DNA from: Octopus sinensis | Taxonomy: Eukaryota | DNA length: 64,000 nucleotides | Assembly (NCBI RefSeq): GCF_006345805.1 | Contig: NC_043005.1 | Span: forward strand, 76,136,001 to 76,200,000 | Direction: 5' to 3' | In this document: positions 11,864-25,757 of the stretch, piece by piece | How positions within the stretch are numbered: the stretch's first letter is position 1 | Layout: each line of letters opens with the position of its first letter | Notes under the pieces: generated by a model | Seen by the model: only the letters and a program-made list of their open reading frames with translations | Told to the model about the DNA's origin: nothing | Database searches by the model: none | Program-made: the position numbers and the translations under genes

Positions 11864-12158
11864 TCACTCAAATATTAAATCGCACACACACACACACACA
11901 CACACTCACACATAATCGCACATACACGCATGCTCGCTCGCGTTCACACACACCACACACACACACACACACAACACGCACATATATAGAAGTACATGCA
12001 TAAATGCTCACGTTATGAACACATACATACATACATATAAACGTATTGATTGCATCGTTTATAAATATGTATTATTTATACATCATACACACATGCACAT
12101 ATGAATATACGGACGCTTATTTACAAACACATAAATGTGTGTATGTGGGCGAGAGTGC

Positions 12159-12240
<82 letters not shown>

Positions 12241-12805
12241 TAAAATACGTAACGTATATAGTTATAGTAAATACTTGGATGGATGCTTACGGGGGTTTTC
12301 AAATCAAGGGAGATAATTTATATTTATGTTTTCGACAAATTTATAGAAAACCGCAGAGGAATAAATAAATAAATAAAATGGGAAAAAAAATGGAAGAAGG
12401 AAGGAAAGAAAGGAAGACAGAAAAAAGGAATAGATAGAATGAGAAAATAAATTAAAAAAACGCCGAGAGCAATCAAGCAATTTTTTGTGTATGTTGGTGT
12501 GGTACAGAATGGTATATAGAAAAAAAAATGCACAATTTAAATTTGTGTCTTCAGAAACCCAAAGTCAATTGTTCACAGCTCTCAAGGAAAGAGAAAATTG
12601 AATTTTTTTTTTATTGTTTTGTGAGATAGTGTGATCATTGTGCTGAATGGTGACATCTAAACATTACTTTTTTTTTTTTTCCTTTTCTTTTTCTTTCTTT
12701 TTTTCCTTTTCTCACTTCGTTGAAGTGAACATTGATGTCTATATACCGAAACGTTAACGTTGAGCGTTATTGCTACGGCGTAACGACTGAAGAAAGAAAT
12801 ACATT

Positions 12806-12827
<22 letters not shown>

Positions 12828-12850
<23 letters not shown>

Positions 12851-12870
12851 TATATATGTATGTATGTATG

Positions 12871-12912
<42 letters not shown>

Positions 12913-13217
12913 TGTATGTACATGTATATATATGTATATATTATGTATATATATATGTATATATATATGTATGTATATATATATGTATATATACATATAT
13001 GTATATATATACATATGTATGTATATATATATGTATATATATATGCAAATATATGCATATATATATATATTGATAGATATAGATATATAGATATATATAT
13101 ATGCATATATGTATGTGTGTTTGTTGTGTGTGCGTGTGTTTGTGTGGAAAAATATGCATACACACACAGTTGCATAAGTTTTAAATTTTTCGTCACTCCC
13201 TTTCATTATGGTTCTAC

Positions 13218-13315
<98 letters not shown>

Positions 13316-13325
13316 GTCTATCTAT
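12828..13325. repeat. Compound (TA)n/(TATG)n field followed by (TATC)n
   Basis: Direct reading. Confidence 0.9.
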
Positions 13326-13401
13326 CAATTAAACTAGTTGGTATATATTTGTCCCACTAAAACCGTTGAAGACGGTGCCTCAGTATGGCCGTTGTCAGAT
13401 G

Positions 13402-13436
<35 letters not shown>

Positions 13437-13449
13437 GACTCATGTCGGT

Positions 13450-13670
13450 GTGCGCGCGCGTATGTGTGTGTGTTTGTGTATTTGTGTCTGTGTTTGTTAC
13501 CTATCACCGCTTTAGAAGCGGTGTTACTGTGATTGCGTCCTTGTAACTTAGCGGTTCGGCATAGAATAAATACCGGGCTTAAAATGAAAAATAAGTACTG
13601 ACGTCGATTAGTTTGACTAAAATTCCTCAAGGCGGTGCCCCAGCATGGCCGTAGTCTAATGGACAAAAAC
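13450..13670 (+). mobile_element. SINE family B, 3' half, diverged
   Basis: TGTAACTTAGCGGTTCGGC..AAGGCGGTGCCCCAGCATGGCCG. Confidence 0.75.
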
Positions 13671-14186
13671 AAATAAAAACAACAACAACAAGAAACAAAG
13701 AAAACAAAAACAAAAACAAAAACAAATGGATCAAATGTAAAATAAAGGAACTGGAGGTGAGGGATTGCAGATTAAATATGGGGTCAATGAAACGACCGTG
13801 AACAATTGTTACAGAAGCGTAACTCTAATTAACAATTGTAATTGCTTTGCGCCTCTTCATATCATTAATGCGTTAAAGCTGGAAGGCTTAAACCAAATTA
13901 AAGTGCAGCTGGCGTATTTCGTAATCAGTTTATTTTGGACAAGTGGATTATCTATATTCTCTTCCTTTTCTTCTTTTTGTTTTTGTTTTTATTTTTACTT
14001 TTATTTATAATTTTTGTTCATTCTGAACTATGACAATAATCCATCATGTCGTGGGAGTAAAGTTGTTGATCACATGATTAATAACACTGAGCAATTTTCG
14101 TGCCGGGGAAAGATTATCGGCGCAGGTGTTCCGTCATATGTACTGCAGTAAATTAATGAATTAATTAGTTCTGTTATTGCTGTTAT

Positions 14187-14586
14187 TTTGTTGTTGTTGT
14201 TGTTGTGGCTGTTGCTGTTGCTGTTGAGCGAATGGTCTTCGTCCCAGAGCTCGCAAGATGGGAGAAGTCCGAAACGTGGTCCTTTGCTATTCGTAAGACC
14301 CGCAGAAGAGACAGCAGCTCAACCCCCGACACCGAGAGCATCGACGGATGGATGAATGCGCATCCAGGCTCAGCGGTTGCGTAGGAAGTCGGGGACAAGA
14401 AACAGGAAGAAAGAGTGAGAGAAAGTTGGAGCGAAAGAGTGCAACCGCCACCGCCCCCTGCCGGAGCTCGTGAAGCTCTTTAGGTGTTTTCGCTCAATAA
14501 ACACACACAACGCCCGGTCTGGGAATCGAAACCGCGATGCTCCGACCACGAGTCCGCTGCCCTAACCACTGGGCTACTGCGCCTCC
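14187..14586 (-). mobile_element. SINE family C with (CAA)n-tailed 3' module
   Basis: Reverse complement begins GGAGGCGCAGTAGCCCAGTGGTTAGGGCAGCGGACTCG; the module ..TACGAATAGCAAAGGACCACGTTTCGGACTT.. ends in (CAA/CAG)n. Confidence 0.85.
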
Positions 14587-15074
14587 CCGTTTGTTGCTGT
14601 TGTTGTTTATGCATTGATTGAGGAGAACTAGAATTATAACGATCAAAACTGTTCCGTCCGTGACCATTTGTATTTCTGTTCATCAAGTGTTGACATTATC
14701 CAAAATGTCCTCCGTTATTTAAAATTGCCCTCAGCAATTGTTAATTGTGTAGTTTTATTGCTGTTTAGCCCCAGGCCGTCCATAACTGAGCAGACACATG
14801 ATCAAAAACATTACTGCAACAGCCAATCTGTTCTTCTTCAGACACATTGCATACCGAGTACTAAATTATCTAATGTTCTGTTTTACATTTTGCACAATGC
14901 AAAATGCAGTTTGATGGAGATTTGGTCGTTATAGTTTGGATATTACTTCGTGGAAGCGTAAAGTGTGCATCACGGTTGGGATCAGCTCATTCGTCTATTT
15001 CGCTGTTAATTTTAGCAAGTCCCATGACTATGTAGAAGCTCTATCATTAGCTCGCAGTTTTGTTTAATCCTTAC

Positions 15075-15820
15075 CAGAACGTGACCTGGGCGTTATTGTC
15101 GACAGCGATTTGCGTTGGACAAAACATATCGCTAAAATTGCCACGAAGGCTGAGGGTGTCTTGGCATCACTCACCAAGTCCTTTGTGAGCCGCTCTCCGG
15201 CATTCTATCTGCGGCTTTATATATCTATGGTACGACCTCACCTGGAATTTGCATCACCGACCTGCAACCCCTATCTTGCCCAGGATATTAATCGTCTGGA
15301 AACCGTTCAGCGACGTGCAACCAAGAGAATACCCTCATCAGGCATTTGCCATATTCTGAACGCCTTACCTCCCTGGGCATGGATACATTGAAACTCCGAC
15401 GTCTGGCAGCTGACTTTGCAGACACCCATAAAATTATTAACCATCTTACAAACAATAACTCTGAGCACCTTTTCAAACTCCACCTGTCTAACAACCGTGG
15501 ACATGTTTACTAAGTCAGAAAACAGCACAGCTCCCCTGACTTTAGGAAACATTTTTTCACTCTGAGAGTTGCTGAAGCATGGAACAAACTGCCGGTATCA
15601 GTTGTTAGTTGTCGGAGCACTGCATCCTTCAAAACTTCCATGCTTCCCGAGATTTGCCAACACTACACCTGATTTTCTCCCACCCATACACACGCAAGCA
15701 TCTATCTGACTCATACACTGTTCACTTCCCAGACATTTGTACATTACTGAATATACTTTATACGCACTTTTGACAAGTTGTGGTGCACCTGAGCACTGTA
15801 TACACTAATTTCATTATTTT
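15075..15820 (+). mobile_element. CR1-group LINE 3' fragment
   Basis: ERDLGVIVDSDLRWTKHIAKIATKAEGVLASLTKSFVSRSPAFYLRLYISMVRPHLEFASPTCNPYLAQDINRLETVQRRATK, and further on FFTLRVAEAWNKLP. Confidence 0.9.
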
Positions 15821-15896
15821 TTAGAAAGTTGAGATATCAATCGTTTATGATATATTTCTACTCTTGTTGAATAGGATGTAGTTTACTGCTTATGTG

Positions 15897-16200
15897 AAGG
15901 CGCGTGGCTAAGACGTTAGGGTATTCGGTTCAAAATCGTAAGGTCGTGAGATCGATTCTCAGCGAGACTTTTTATTTCCCGTAACTCCAGTCCACTCGGT
16001 TGGAAAAAATGAATAGTACCTGTATTTCAAAGGGCCAGCCTTGTCACATTCTGTGTTGTGCTGATTTTCCCTGAGAATTATGTTAAGAGTACCATTGTCT
16101 GTGGAGTGCTCAGCCACTTGCACGTTAATTTCATGAACAGGCTGTTCCGCTGATTGGATCAACTGGAGCCTTCACCGTCGTAACCGACGAAGTGCCAGTT
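15897..16200 (+). mobile_element. SINE family E
   Basis: GAAGGCGCGTGGC..GGTATTCGG..CGTAAGGTCGTGAG; tail GTAACCGACGAAGTGCCAG. Homologous to 58431-58743. Confidence 0.8.
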
Positions 16201-16235
16201 GTAGTTGTTAGTTTATGGGAGTTAATCCACTAAAC

Positions 16236-16732
16236 CAGTGGTTCTCAACCATTTTGTTCCTATAGACCCTCTTGATTCCTGTTTTACTTCGGTTCACATC
16301 CCGTCCCACAAGCCAGTCAATGTTCGAAAACTCCTTTTATATTTTTATAATTGAATATTATTAGAAAGTGTATTAAGGCGGCGAGTTTGGCAGAATCGTA
16401 AGCACGCTGGGTGAAATGCTTAGCAGTATTTCGTCTGCTGGTACTTTCTGAGTTCAAATTCCGCCGAGATCGACTTTGCCTTTCATCCTGCCGGGATCGA
16501 TAAATTAAGCACCAGTGAAATACTGGGGTCGATGTAATCGACTAGTCCTCCTCCCCCAAATTTCAGGCCCTGTGCTTTTAGTAGAAAGGATTATTTGAAA
16601 GTGCATAAAAAATTTGTTAAAATATTTCATTTATTGTAGAAATATAAAAATTATTGCAGATAGATTTTAACAACAAAATCTTACATGGCCCCATCCACCA
16701 AGGATCATATGCATCCCGGTTGAGAATCACTG
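16236..16732. mobile_element. hAT (Charlie/Buster-type) MITE with a nested SINE
   Basis: TIRs CAGTGGTTCTCAACC / GGTTGAGAATCACTG and perfect TSD CACTAAAC (16228-16235, 16733-16740). Same TIR family as 8749-9057. Confidence 0.9.
16374..16596 (+). mobile_element. SINE family A variant nested in the hAT MITE
   Basis: AAGGCGGCGAGTTTGGCAGAATCG..GAGTTCAAATTCCGCCGAG..TCGACTTTGCCTTTCATCC; tail AAAGGATTATT. Confidence 0.85.
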
Positions 16733-17072
16733 CACTAAACAATGCTTCTAGTCTTTGTTAAATTAATTACAGAATTATTAGTGCGTCGCACAAACTGTCA
16801 TGTAGTGTTTGTTATGGCTCTATACATTTTGGTTACTTTGTCTTTCATTCTTTCATCCACCGAGATCAACTGTACCTTTCATCCTTTCAGAATAAACTAC
16901 CAGTGGAGTAATGAGGTAGATTTAATCGCCTAATCTCATCCTACTAATTTTGTTGGATTATGATTATATTAGAAATATTTATATTGATCGACAATGTGAA
17001 TTGATCTATTTCAAATGTTGCCTATGATAACCGGTGTTTTTGCAAGTTGGTGCTTGAATAGACAGCTAGTGT

Positions 17073-17272
17073 CGAGCTGGCAGAAACGTTAGCAGGCCGG
17101 GCGAAATGCTTAGCAGTATTTCGTCTGCCGCTACGTTCTCAGTTCAAATTCCGCCGAGGTTAACTTTGCCTTTCATCCTTTCGGGGTCGATTAAATAACT
17201 ATCAGTTACGCACTGGGGTCGATATAATCGACTTAATCCGTTTGTCTGTCCTTGTGGGCAGTAAAGAAATAA
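17073..17272 (+). mobile_element. SINE family A
   Basis: GAGCTGGCAGAAACGTTAGC..GTAAAGAAATA. Confidence 0.85.
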
Positions 17273-17744
17273 GATTATATTCCCAAATAGACTGGTAAGT
17301 GCTCTGGCGGACTGGGGTTAATGAAAAGGTTGAAATTATGCCTTTTTGAATTGACCGGTTAATTATAACTAAGATGAACCGACGACTCGCTAGAAATAGA
17401 GATAGAAACCATAGCTATATCACTTAAAGGCTCAGTAGCATCCAACTATCTTAAACGAAATGAAATTGGTGATAAATAAAAGAAGTCACGGCTTGAGCCA
17501 CAGTGATCATCAATAAGTTAAATCAGTGCTTACTAGAGCTAAATAGTGAAAACGATGATGACGATGACGACGACGACGACTAGCATTGTAATTAGAGTGT
17601 TTCTGTTCTGTTGTTGAGAGTCTTTATAAATAAAACTGTTATCAGACATCATCCAGTTACTGGTGAGGTATTGTACTGGTACACTGGCTGAGAGGCCTAA
17701 AGCTCAAAAGACAGTCTATTTGCTAATCGTGTGTTATTGTTTAC

Positions 17745-17923
17745 CTCGTTAAGCTGCGGGAGCTCTGAATAATTAACGAGTTGAAGCCATTACATTGCGG
17801 TACATACAGACTAATTCCAGCAACTTGATATCGATGAGTGCGAGTGGGCGGGATAAAAAGGACAGAATCTAAGATAAAGAAGCACCAGTCGAGCGGACCT
17901 GACTGAATATCCTTTGTTTGTAC
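17745..17923 (-). other. Candidate orphan exon, 179 nt
   Basis: Acceptor gcacctgtttacag|G and donor GAG|gtaaac. Only frame 0 is open: VQTKDIQSGPLDWCFFILDSVLFIPPTRTHRYQVAGISLYVPQCNGFNSLIIQSSRSLT. No homology recognised. Confidence 0.3.
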
Positions 17924-18784
17924 CTGTAAACAGGTGCTGTTTGACTTATACTTAGTCACCGTAGGTAATCGTGGCAGTAGCTGTGAGGAATTTTCTATGT
18001 TAATGAGGTCAGAATGAGACCAGAACATGTCTGAATGTGTTCTGTGTGTATTAAGGATAAAAAAAAAAAAAAGGAAACAGATGTGGTTTCTGATGACTTG
18101 CTCGTCGTCAAGGAAACATATTTAAGGGTGAAGATAGGGACATAGATTCTTTTTATTACTGAATAGAAATTACACCTATCATGTCTCTTTACATGTATCT
18201 TAATTTCTTCAATTTTTGTAATCCAACTATCCTTTCTTATTTCAGGTTACGAGGGGCAGATAGAGTATCACTCGGTAAAGTTCTCCTCTGCACTCTTTAG
18301 AGGGCATGATTAGAGGTTGTACAGAACTGCAGCTCTGTGGGCCTTGTATACATATCATCCAGGAGATTTTTAATTGCACTAGAGTTCTTATGAAAATGAA
18401 AAAGAAAATGTGTGTGCGTGCGCGCGTGTATCGGTCATTTCATCATGTTAAACCGTTAATCCCTACACATTTTTTTTGTTCTCTCTCCTTTTTTTATCCT
18501 CTCAATCCTTTCTGTCGAAGAGCTTAGGCTCAAAACATTAAAGACTTTTCCATTCTTCCCGAACGCGTGTGTATATGTATGTGTATATATATATTAATAA
18601 TATCAGGTTAATAAAGATGTTAGAAATTCTTACTACCAGTGGCCTAGCGTATAGAAAAATTAGTCAATAGACTATATATTATTCATATAAAATACAGCGT
18701 ACATTTAAAAACAAATTAAGAGGTTTCCATCATAGGAATCCCTTATGCTAGAAGGAACAGATAAAGTCCAAACCACTAATTAGG

Positions 18785-18786
18785 GA

Positions 18787-18879
<93 letters not shown>

Positions 18880-18885
18880 CTATAT
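18785..18885. repeat. (ATCT)n microsatellite
   Basis: Direct reading. Confidence 0.95.
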
Positions 18886-19830
18886 ATATCTGTACACGTG
18901 TACATATATGTGTGTGTATGTATGTATTATGCATTTATTCTCTCATTTATTTATTTTCCTTGTTTCAGTCTTTAGGTTGTGGTCACGCTGGAGCACTGTC
19001 TTCAGCAGTGATTGCAGGTATGTGTGTTTTTTTGTGCGTGTTAATACTACAAAGCTGAGCGTAAATAATGATCAACTGTTTGGATAGATAGTCACGCTTC
19101 ATACCAACCAGTAAAATCTAAACATAGACGCATGCGCACATCATGCATATACACACCATTCACAAACTCACACCCATATACACATATACATATACATCTA
19201 CTCATATGCATACCATCATATACACTGTCACATACAATACCAACGTATACTCAGAGTCACACACACGCGTAATCCCACGCGTAGTCGCACACACATGCAG
19301 CTTCTTCTTCGTCCTCGTCATCTCCATTTCACACGCATGCGTACACACACAAAGAGCTACTATTATTAAAAGCCTATAGTTATTTTACATATCCTGGTAA
19401 TGATTTCGTGTCTACAGCCATGCAACTAGTATGACTACTGGCTCACTAAACTCTACATCTGATATTCAGATATTTACTTTAAACAAAAAATCAATAAGGA
19501 AATGAAGTATGCATAACAAAAGCATTTATACAGATGACTAAGTTTTGTTCGTTAATCCTACGAATATTTGCTATTTATGATAGGTTTTTGAAAATTTTAT
19601 TTATTCAGAACATTATATTACTGTCTGCTGGTTTGGTGATTGTTTCTAAGTTAAAAGATAAACGCGCTGTCAAGCTTGGGCGCATGCGTGAGTTTGAAAG
19701 GTGGCCGCTTCGATTCATTTGAACGACGCCACAGTTTAGTACCTGCTTCATAGCGAGCCAACGACGGAACCTCTAAATGAGGCAAGGCCAACCTTTTCGG
19801 AGAAGTGGGCCGCATGAAACATAGCTTAAC

Positions 19831-20062
19831 TATTTCTTTACCATTCACAAGGAGCTAAACACAGAAAGGACAAACAAGGACAGACAAACGGATAAAGTCG
19901 ATTATATCGACCCCAGTGCGTAACTGGTACTTATTTAATCGACCCCGAAACGATGAAAGGCAAAGTCGACCTCGGCGGAATTTGAACTCAGAACGTAGCG
20001 GCAGACGAAATATTGCTAAGCATTTCGCCCGGTGTGCTAACGTTTCTGCCAGTTCGCCTCCT
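19831..20062 (-). mobile_element. SINE family A, full length, with TSD
   Basis: Flanked by CATGAAA(C/T)ATAGCTTA at 19813-19828 and 20064-20079. Confidence 0.9.
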
Positions 20063-20416
20063 TCATGAAATATAGCTTACAATCAGGCGGGTCGCACTAC
20101 TAAAAAAATGTTTCAAGGTAATTTTTGTTTGACGCACCATTCAGAAAATCTAGCGGGCCGAAGTTTGTCTTTGACTGCTCTATATAATTGCCTCGACCTG
20201 CCAGAAATTGCTGTCAAACCTCCTTAAAAAATATCAAACCCAGTTATTCTTATTACATTTTTTTTTAAAGAACACATTGGATAATGTGCAAATGGGGATT
20301 AGCTGGGGTGGGCATGGCTAAAATGTCTCAGAGTATATGTTTTCTCTTTCGAGGTTGGCCTGGGACAAACCGAGACGACGATGACAACAGCAACAACAAC
20401 AACAACAACAACAACC

Positions 20417-20650
20417 TTATTTCTTTACTACCCACAAGGGGCTAAACATAGAGGGGACAAACAAGGACAGACAAACGGATTAAGTCGATTACATCGACCC
20501 CCAGTGCGCAACTGGTACTTAATTTATCGACCCCGAAAGGATGAAAGGCAAAGTCAACCTCGGCGGAATTTGAACTCAGAATGTAACGGCAGACGAAATA
20601 CGGCTACGCATTTCGCCCGGCGTGCTAACCATTCTGCCAGCTCGCCGCCA
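20417..20650 (-). mobile_element. SINE family A, full length
   Basis: Reverse complement GGCGGCGAGCTGGCAGAATGGTTAGCACGCCGGGCG..GTAGTAAAGAAATAAGG. Confidence 0.9.
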
Positions 20651-21099
20651 CAACCTGTTTATAAATTGGTAATGCCATTATACGCATATGTAGTCACTCG
20701 ACCAGTTAGAAACACTGAAAAGTAAAAAAAACAAAACAAAAGAAAATACAAAGCAAAAACAAACAAAAAACATATTGGCTTTGAAAATACGGTATGGTCA
20801 TCAATGGTCTGATCGATCACGCTTAGCCTGAAAAACAACGGCAACAAAATCCTATATAACAATCTAGTGGCGTAGCTAGAATGTGTGCGGCACAGAGCAG
20901 CCCTTGTGTCTGCCACTCGAAGGTCCTTATACTAAGTTTATACAGCAGATCTCAAAGTGCCGCCTCCGTAAAAGCGCTGTTAGGACAGACTGCATCATGC
21001 TCCTTCCCAGCTACTTTGCTGACAGCAATATTGAAGGAAGGGATGAAATTCTTGCCGACATTGTCACACGTAAATAATAAGCTGGAACATAGATACATA

Positions 21100-21155
<56 letters not shown>

Positions 21156-21458
21156 TTGAAAGAAGAGTCAATGAAGGAGAACTTGAGCCAAGGAAAGAGC
21201 TTCTACTTGACTGCCCGACTAACTGAAAATAATAAACGAAAGGAAGGGAATATAGGATGATGTAGTCCTAAACAACCACAAAGAGAAGGGATGGTCATGG
21301 GTGGAATGTCTTTGTTCGCAATGAGAAACTTTAACACATCTTTAACGAACAGTTATAATTGATTCTGTACCAACTCTGGTTTCAACGTCAAAAGTTCAAA
21401 AGTTCAACGCAAAAGTTCAAACTGAAAATTTGCGCAATATTCAATATTCAATAATATG

Positions 21459-21508
<50 letters not shown>

Positions 21509-21577
21509 TTTATTTAAAGCACCAGAAAATTCAACAAAACCTGTTACTCTGAGTTTCCCGTTGCAGTTTTTGCTAGA

Positions 21578-21608
<31 letters not shown>

Positions 21609-21712
21609 CATAGTCAGTTGCAATATTTTTCTGCTCCTAATTTCTTGAAGTTTGTTCTAGCTCCTAGTTTTGTCTAGTTTTTGTTTAAAAAATTGTTAAA
21701 TTTTTATGCATA

Positions 21713-21864
21713 GGCGGAGGAGTGGCTGTGTGGTAAGTAGCTTGCTTACGAACCACATGCATGGCACATTGGGCAAGTGTCTTCTACTATAACCTTGGGC
21801 CGACCAAAGCCTTGTGAGTGGATTTGGTAGACGGAAACTGAAAGAAGCCCGTCGTATATATGTA

Positions 21865-21895
<31 letters not shown>

Positions 21896-22134
21896 GTGTG
21901 TGTGTGTATGTGTGTGTATATGTTTGTGTGTCTGTGTTTGCCCCCTCCAACATCGCTTGACAACCGATGCTGGTGTGTTTATGTCCCCGTAATTTAGCGG
22001 TTCAGCAAAAGAGACCGATGAAATACGTACTAGGCTAACAAAGAATAAGTCCTGGGGGCGATTTTCTCGACTAAAGGCGGTGCTCCAGCATGGCCACACT
22101 CACATGACTGAAACAAATAAAAGAGCAAAAGAGA
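21713..22134 (+). mobile_element. SINE family B with a small head deletion
   Basis: GGCGGAGGAGTGGCTGTGTGGTAAG...ACTGAAACAAATAAAAGAG. Confidence 0.9.
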
Positions 22135-22295
22135 GTATTTTCAAGTCTGAAAGGACCAATGTCATTCCACTTTGCGTTACTTCACGCAGCATCTTTTTTT
22201 CTATCGCTTAGTTTAAAGACGCTCTAAGTATGTGAATATCTCTCAGTGTGGTTTATCATTTTTCTGTAACTCCCCTTGTTTATTTGTTTCTTACG

Positions 22296-22329
<34 letters not shown>

Positions 22330-22732
22330 TGGTTCTGTTCATAATTCGTCTTTATTTACTGTTCGGTCTAGTGACCTCATCTTTTCTTCTTATTGTATTA
22401 GACATTAATTCTGTGCGTATTCGTCTATCATATCCGTTCATTTATACCCCAGCAGTTTATGTTGCTGACACAGCCTCTTTCAACAGTATTATCGGAAGGT
22501 GTCGAAACTGTGGTGATATTTGGTCGATAACTGATGAGTTTGTTTGCCTCCATTGTGTCTATGTGTTTTCTTTCTTTTTCTTTGTCTTTCAGTATGTACC
22601 CTTGTCGTTTTTCTGTGACACATTTTTATTATATATATATAAGCACCCCCACACACATGTTTGTGTTTGTGTGAAAGTGTGTGTGTGTGTGTTTCTGTGT
22701 GTGTGTATATATTTCATACATACATACATACA

Positions 22733-22766
<34 letters not shown>

Positions 22767-23144
22767 CATACAGACGCATTCATACATAAGTATGCACACA
22801 CACACACATACCCACATATTTACACATTTAATCTCTGTTCAATTCTGTTGTTGTCTTAAGTCACTGGACAGTGGTCATTGTATTGCACTACATATAAGGG
22901 CTTTTTAAAATCGATTATCGATTACATTCTCACAGTTCATTGTATGGTATTTGTTTTATTGATCTTGTAAGACACAAAAGCAAGGCGATTAAATGTGAAA
23001 GGGTATAACTTGGATACCGTAGTTTCTTACTTTCCTACTCTGAAGAGGGACGTCCGTACAGACTGAAGTAAAAATACACCTTTCATACACGCGCACATAC
23101 ACTCGCAAACATGCACACACATATACCACGGGTATCTGCATAGG

Positions 23145-23372
23145 TAAGGCGGCGAGCTGGCAGAATCGTTAGCACACCGGGCGAAATGCTTAGCGGCATT
23201 TCGTCTGCCGCTACGTTCTGAGTTCAAATTCCGCCGAGGTCGACTTTGCCTTTCATCCTTTCGGAGTCGATTAAATAAGTACCGCACTGGGGTCGATATA
23301 ATCGACTTAATCCGTTTGTCTGTCCTTGTTTGTCCTCTTTGTGTTTAGCCCCTTATGGGTAGTAAAAAAATA
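23145..23372 (+). mobile_element. SINE family A, full length
   Basis: TAAGGCGGCGAGCTGGCAGAATCGTTAGC..GGGTAGTAAAAAAATAGG. Confidence 0.9.
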
Positions 23373-24101
23373 GGTATTTCGTCTACCCATAAATGGGTAT
23401 CTGCATAAGTTACTCTGTCAAAGAAATTTCATTTAAAAACTTTTGGCTAATCCACGACTATTTTTCTTAATTTGAAGGTAAACTTGCCAAAGGTGTCCTC
23501 ACAGAAGTATCGAAACCCCGATCTATTCGTTCGCAAGCAAATGTCTTAATAACATAGCAATGCTCAACCTAAAAAAACATCACCCCCTTCCATCTCTCTT
23601 CCACGGATCGGTCAAACTTTAAAACGACCAACCGGAATATCCGGATAAAAGGTTAGGTGATAAGGACTCTTCTCGGATAAATCGATAGTTAGGGAAGTGG
23701 ACATCGAAGTCCAGTAATAACCGACTGGGATTGAAACAGATTGTCAGGTCAGATGGAAAACTCACAGGACACATGGAACATTGTTAATAACTTTCCTGCA
23801 GCAAGTTGGCAAACGCTCCCAGTCTCTATTCAATTTCATAAAGTATTAATTTTGCTGTGATATTATTGAATTTTCCAAAATAGTTTATTAAATGATTGCG
23901 AATAGGTAAAACAGAAAGTAGAAAAGAATGAAAAAAAAGAGAAGAAAATTGCTGCAAATATGTTTGCTATGCATATGAAAGCATGTACACATATACGCAC
24001 GCACGCACGCATGCACATACACACACGCACACGGGCATCCGTACATATTTATATATGAATATACGTATGTATGTACTTTTGTATATATATATATATATAT
24101 A

Positions 24102-24211
<110 letters not shown>

Positions 24212-24635
24212 TATGTGTGTGTGTGTTTGTGTGTGTATGCATGTAATTATGTATATATATATATATATCTATATCTATATCTATATATATATGTATTAAA
24301 TATAATACAAAGTTGGCTATTTTAATTAAATAATGTCTCAGTTGCGTATACTGGATACATACATACATACATAACATATAATATATGCATATATAAAATA
24401 GTATTATTAATATAGTATAAAATATAATATATATATGCATGTATGTATATATATATATGTGTGTGTATATATACATATGTATGTATATATATGTGTATAT
24501 ATATGTATGTATGTTATGTATGCATGTAGGCCATTTTAAAATCATACATATGCATGTAAGTACTTTAGTACACATAGTTATTTACCACACGAGCATTGTA
24601 TTTATGACTCCTCCCTATATTATATGTATGTATAT

Positions 24636-24712
<77 letters not shown>

Positions 24713-24734
24713 CATACATACATACATGCATGCA

Positions 24735-24941
24735 TGAGGGGACGCTGAAAAGTTCCTGGCTTTGGGTGAAAAGAAAATATAGGCGGATCAGTTAATTATG
24801 ATTTAATTCAACATATTCTCCTCTCAGATTCGCTGCCTATTGCAACGCTCCTTCAGTTTTCTAAGCCCTGTAAAAGAACTCAGGAGGTTGTTCCTCCAAC
24901 CAGGCCTTTCGTGATAGCCATAAACTTTTCAACACCCCTCG
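24735..24941. mobile_element. Mariner-type MITE, ~207 bp
   Basis: Left TGAGGGGACGCTGAAAAGTTCCTGGCT versus right (reverse complement) CGAGGGGTGTTGAAAAGTTTATGGCT; TA follows the right end. Confidence 0.75.
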
Positions 24942-24976
<35 letters not shown>

Positions 24977-25536
24977 CATTTGTGACGTTGTTATCTAACT
25001 CCTCCTACATAGTTTTATCGGTTTGGATGAAACTTGACACGTGAGTAGAACTTATGTTTGGAAAACTAGTGACATACGTAGAATGTTGAAAAACATCGAT
25101 AATAGGGCCCCTTGAAGGGATTCTTATATCTACTACATATAACTAATACATTAATTTTAAACATCCAAGGGAAATAACCCATTCGCTCCTGAAAGGGATC
25201 CTTATATATAGCCAAGGAAAATAACCCATTCATGTTCGTAAATTATTTCGTATAAATCAAATTGAGTATGCTTATTTCTTAGTATTTGAACTATTTGAGG
25301 TATTTTCGCAATTTATCCTGTACAACGATTAAACAATAGTATTTTCCTAAACAAGAGATCCATTTATTTCGATTAGTGACTTATTCACGAATATACCAAC
25401 ACTAGCCCCGCTGAGGGTAATATTCTTTGCGAACGCACAACAGCATTTTTCAGAGTTATTTACTTTCAATTGTTATAATCTCATATCTGATTAGCCTGTT
25501 ATTACGTAACATGCTTCACGATTTTAGTATACATAC

Positions 25537-25757
25537 CTTATTAGTATTTCCTCCCATAACAGTGGCGACAAGGAATTCGTAGAACACACGACCACTGTGT
25601 AGTAATGCGACATAACAGTTAATCTCATTAAAAATGATAGATGAACTTGATGAGTTGGTGACAGAGATAGAGGAAGAACTGCTTTTCATTGTTGTGAAAC
25701 GCTTGGGCTCTGATACAGTAATTTGAAAGATAGTGTTGACCAAACAGAAAATATCGT
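25537..25757 (-). other. Candidate orphan exon, 221 nt
   Basis: Acceptor aacttctttgtag|AC and donor AAG|gtatgt. One open frame: DIFCLVNTIFQITVSEPKRFTTMKSSSSS...FYEFLVATVMGGNTNK. Confidence 0.4.

Noticed and set aside
24962-25500. DINE-1/Helentron-like element (GGTTTGGATGAAACTTGAC motif)
   Set aside because: Termini and subterminal inverted repeats could not be defined.
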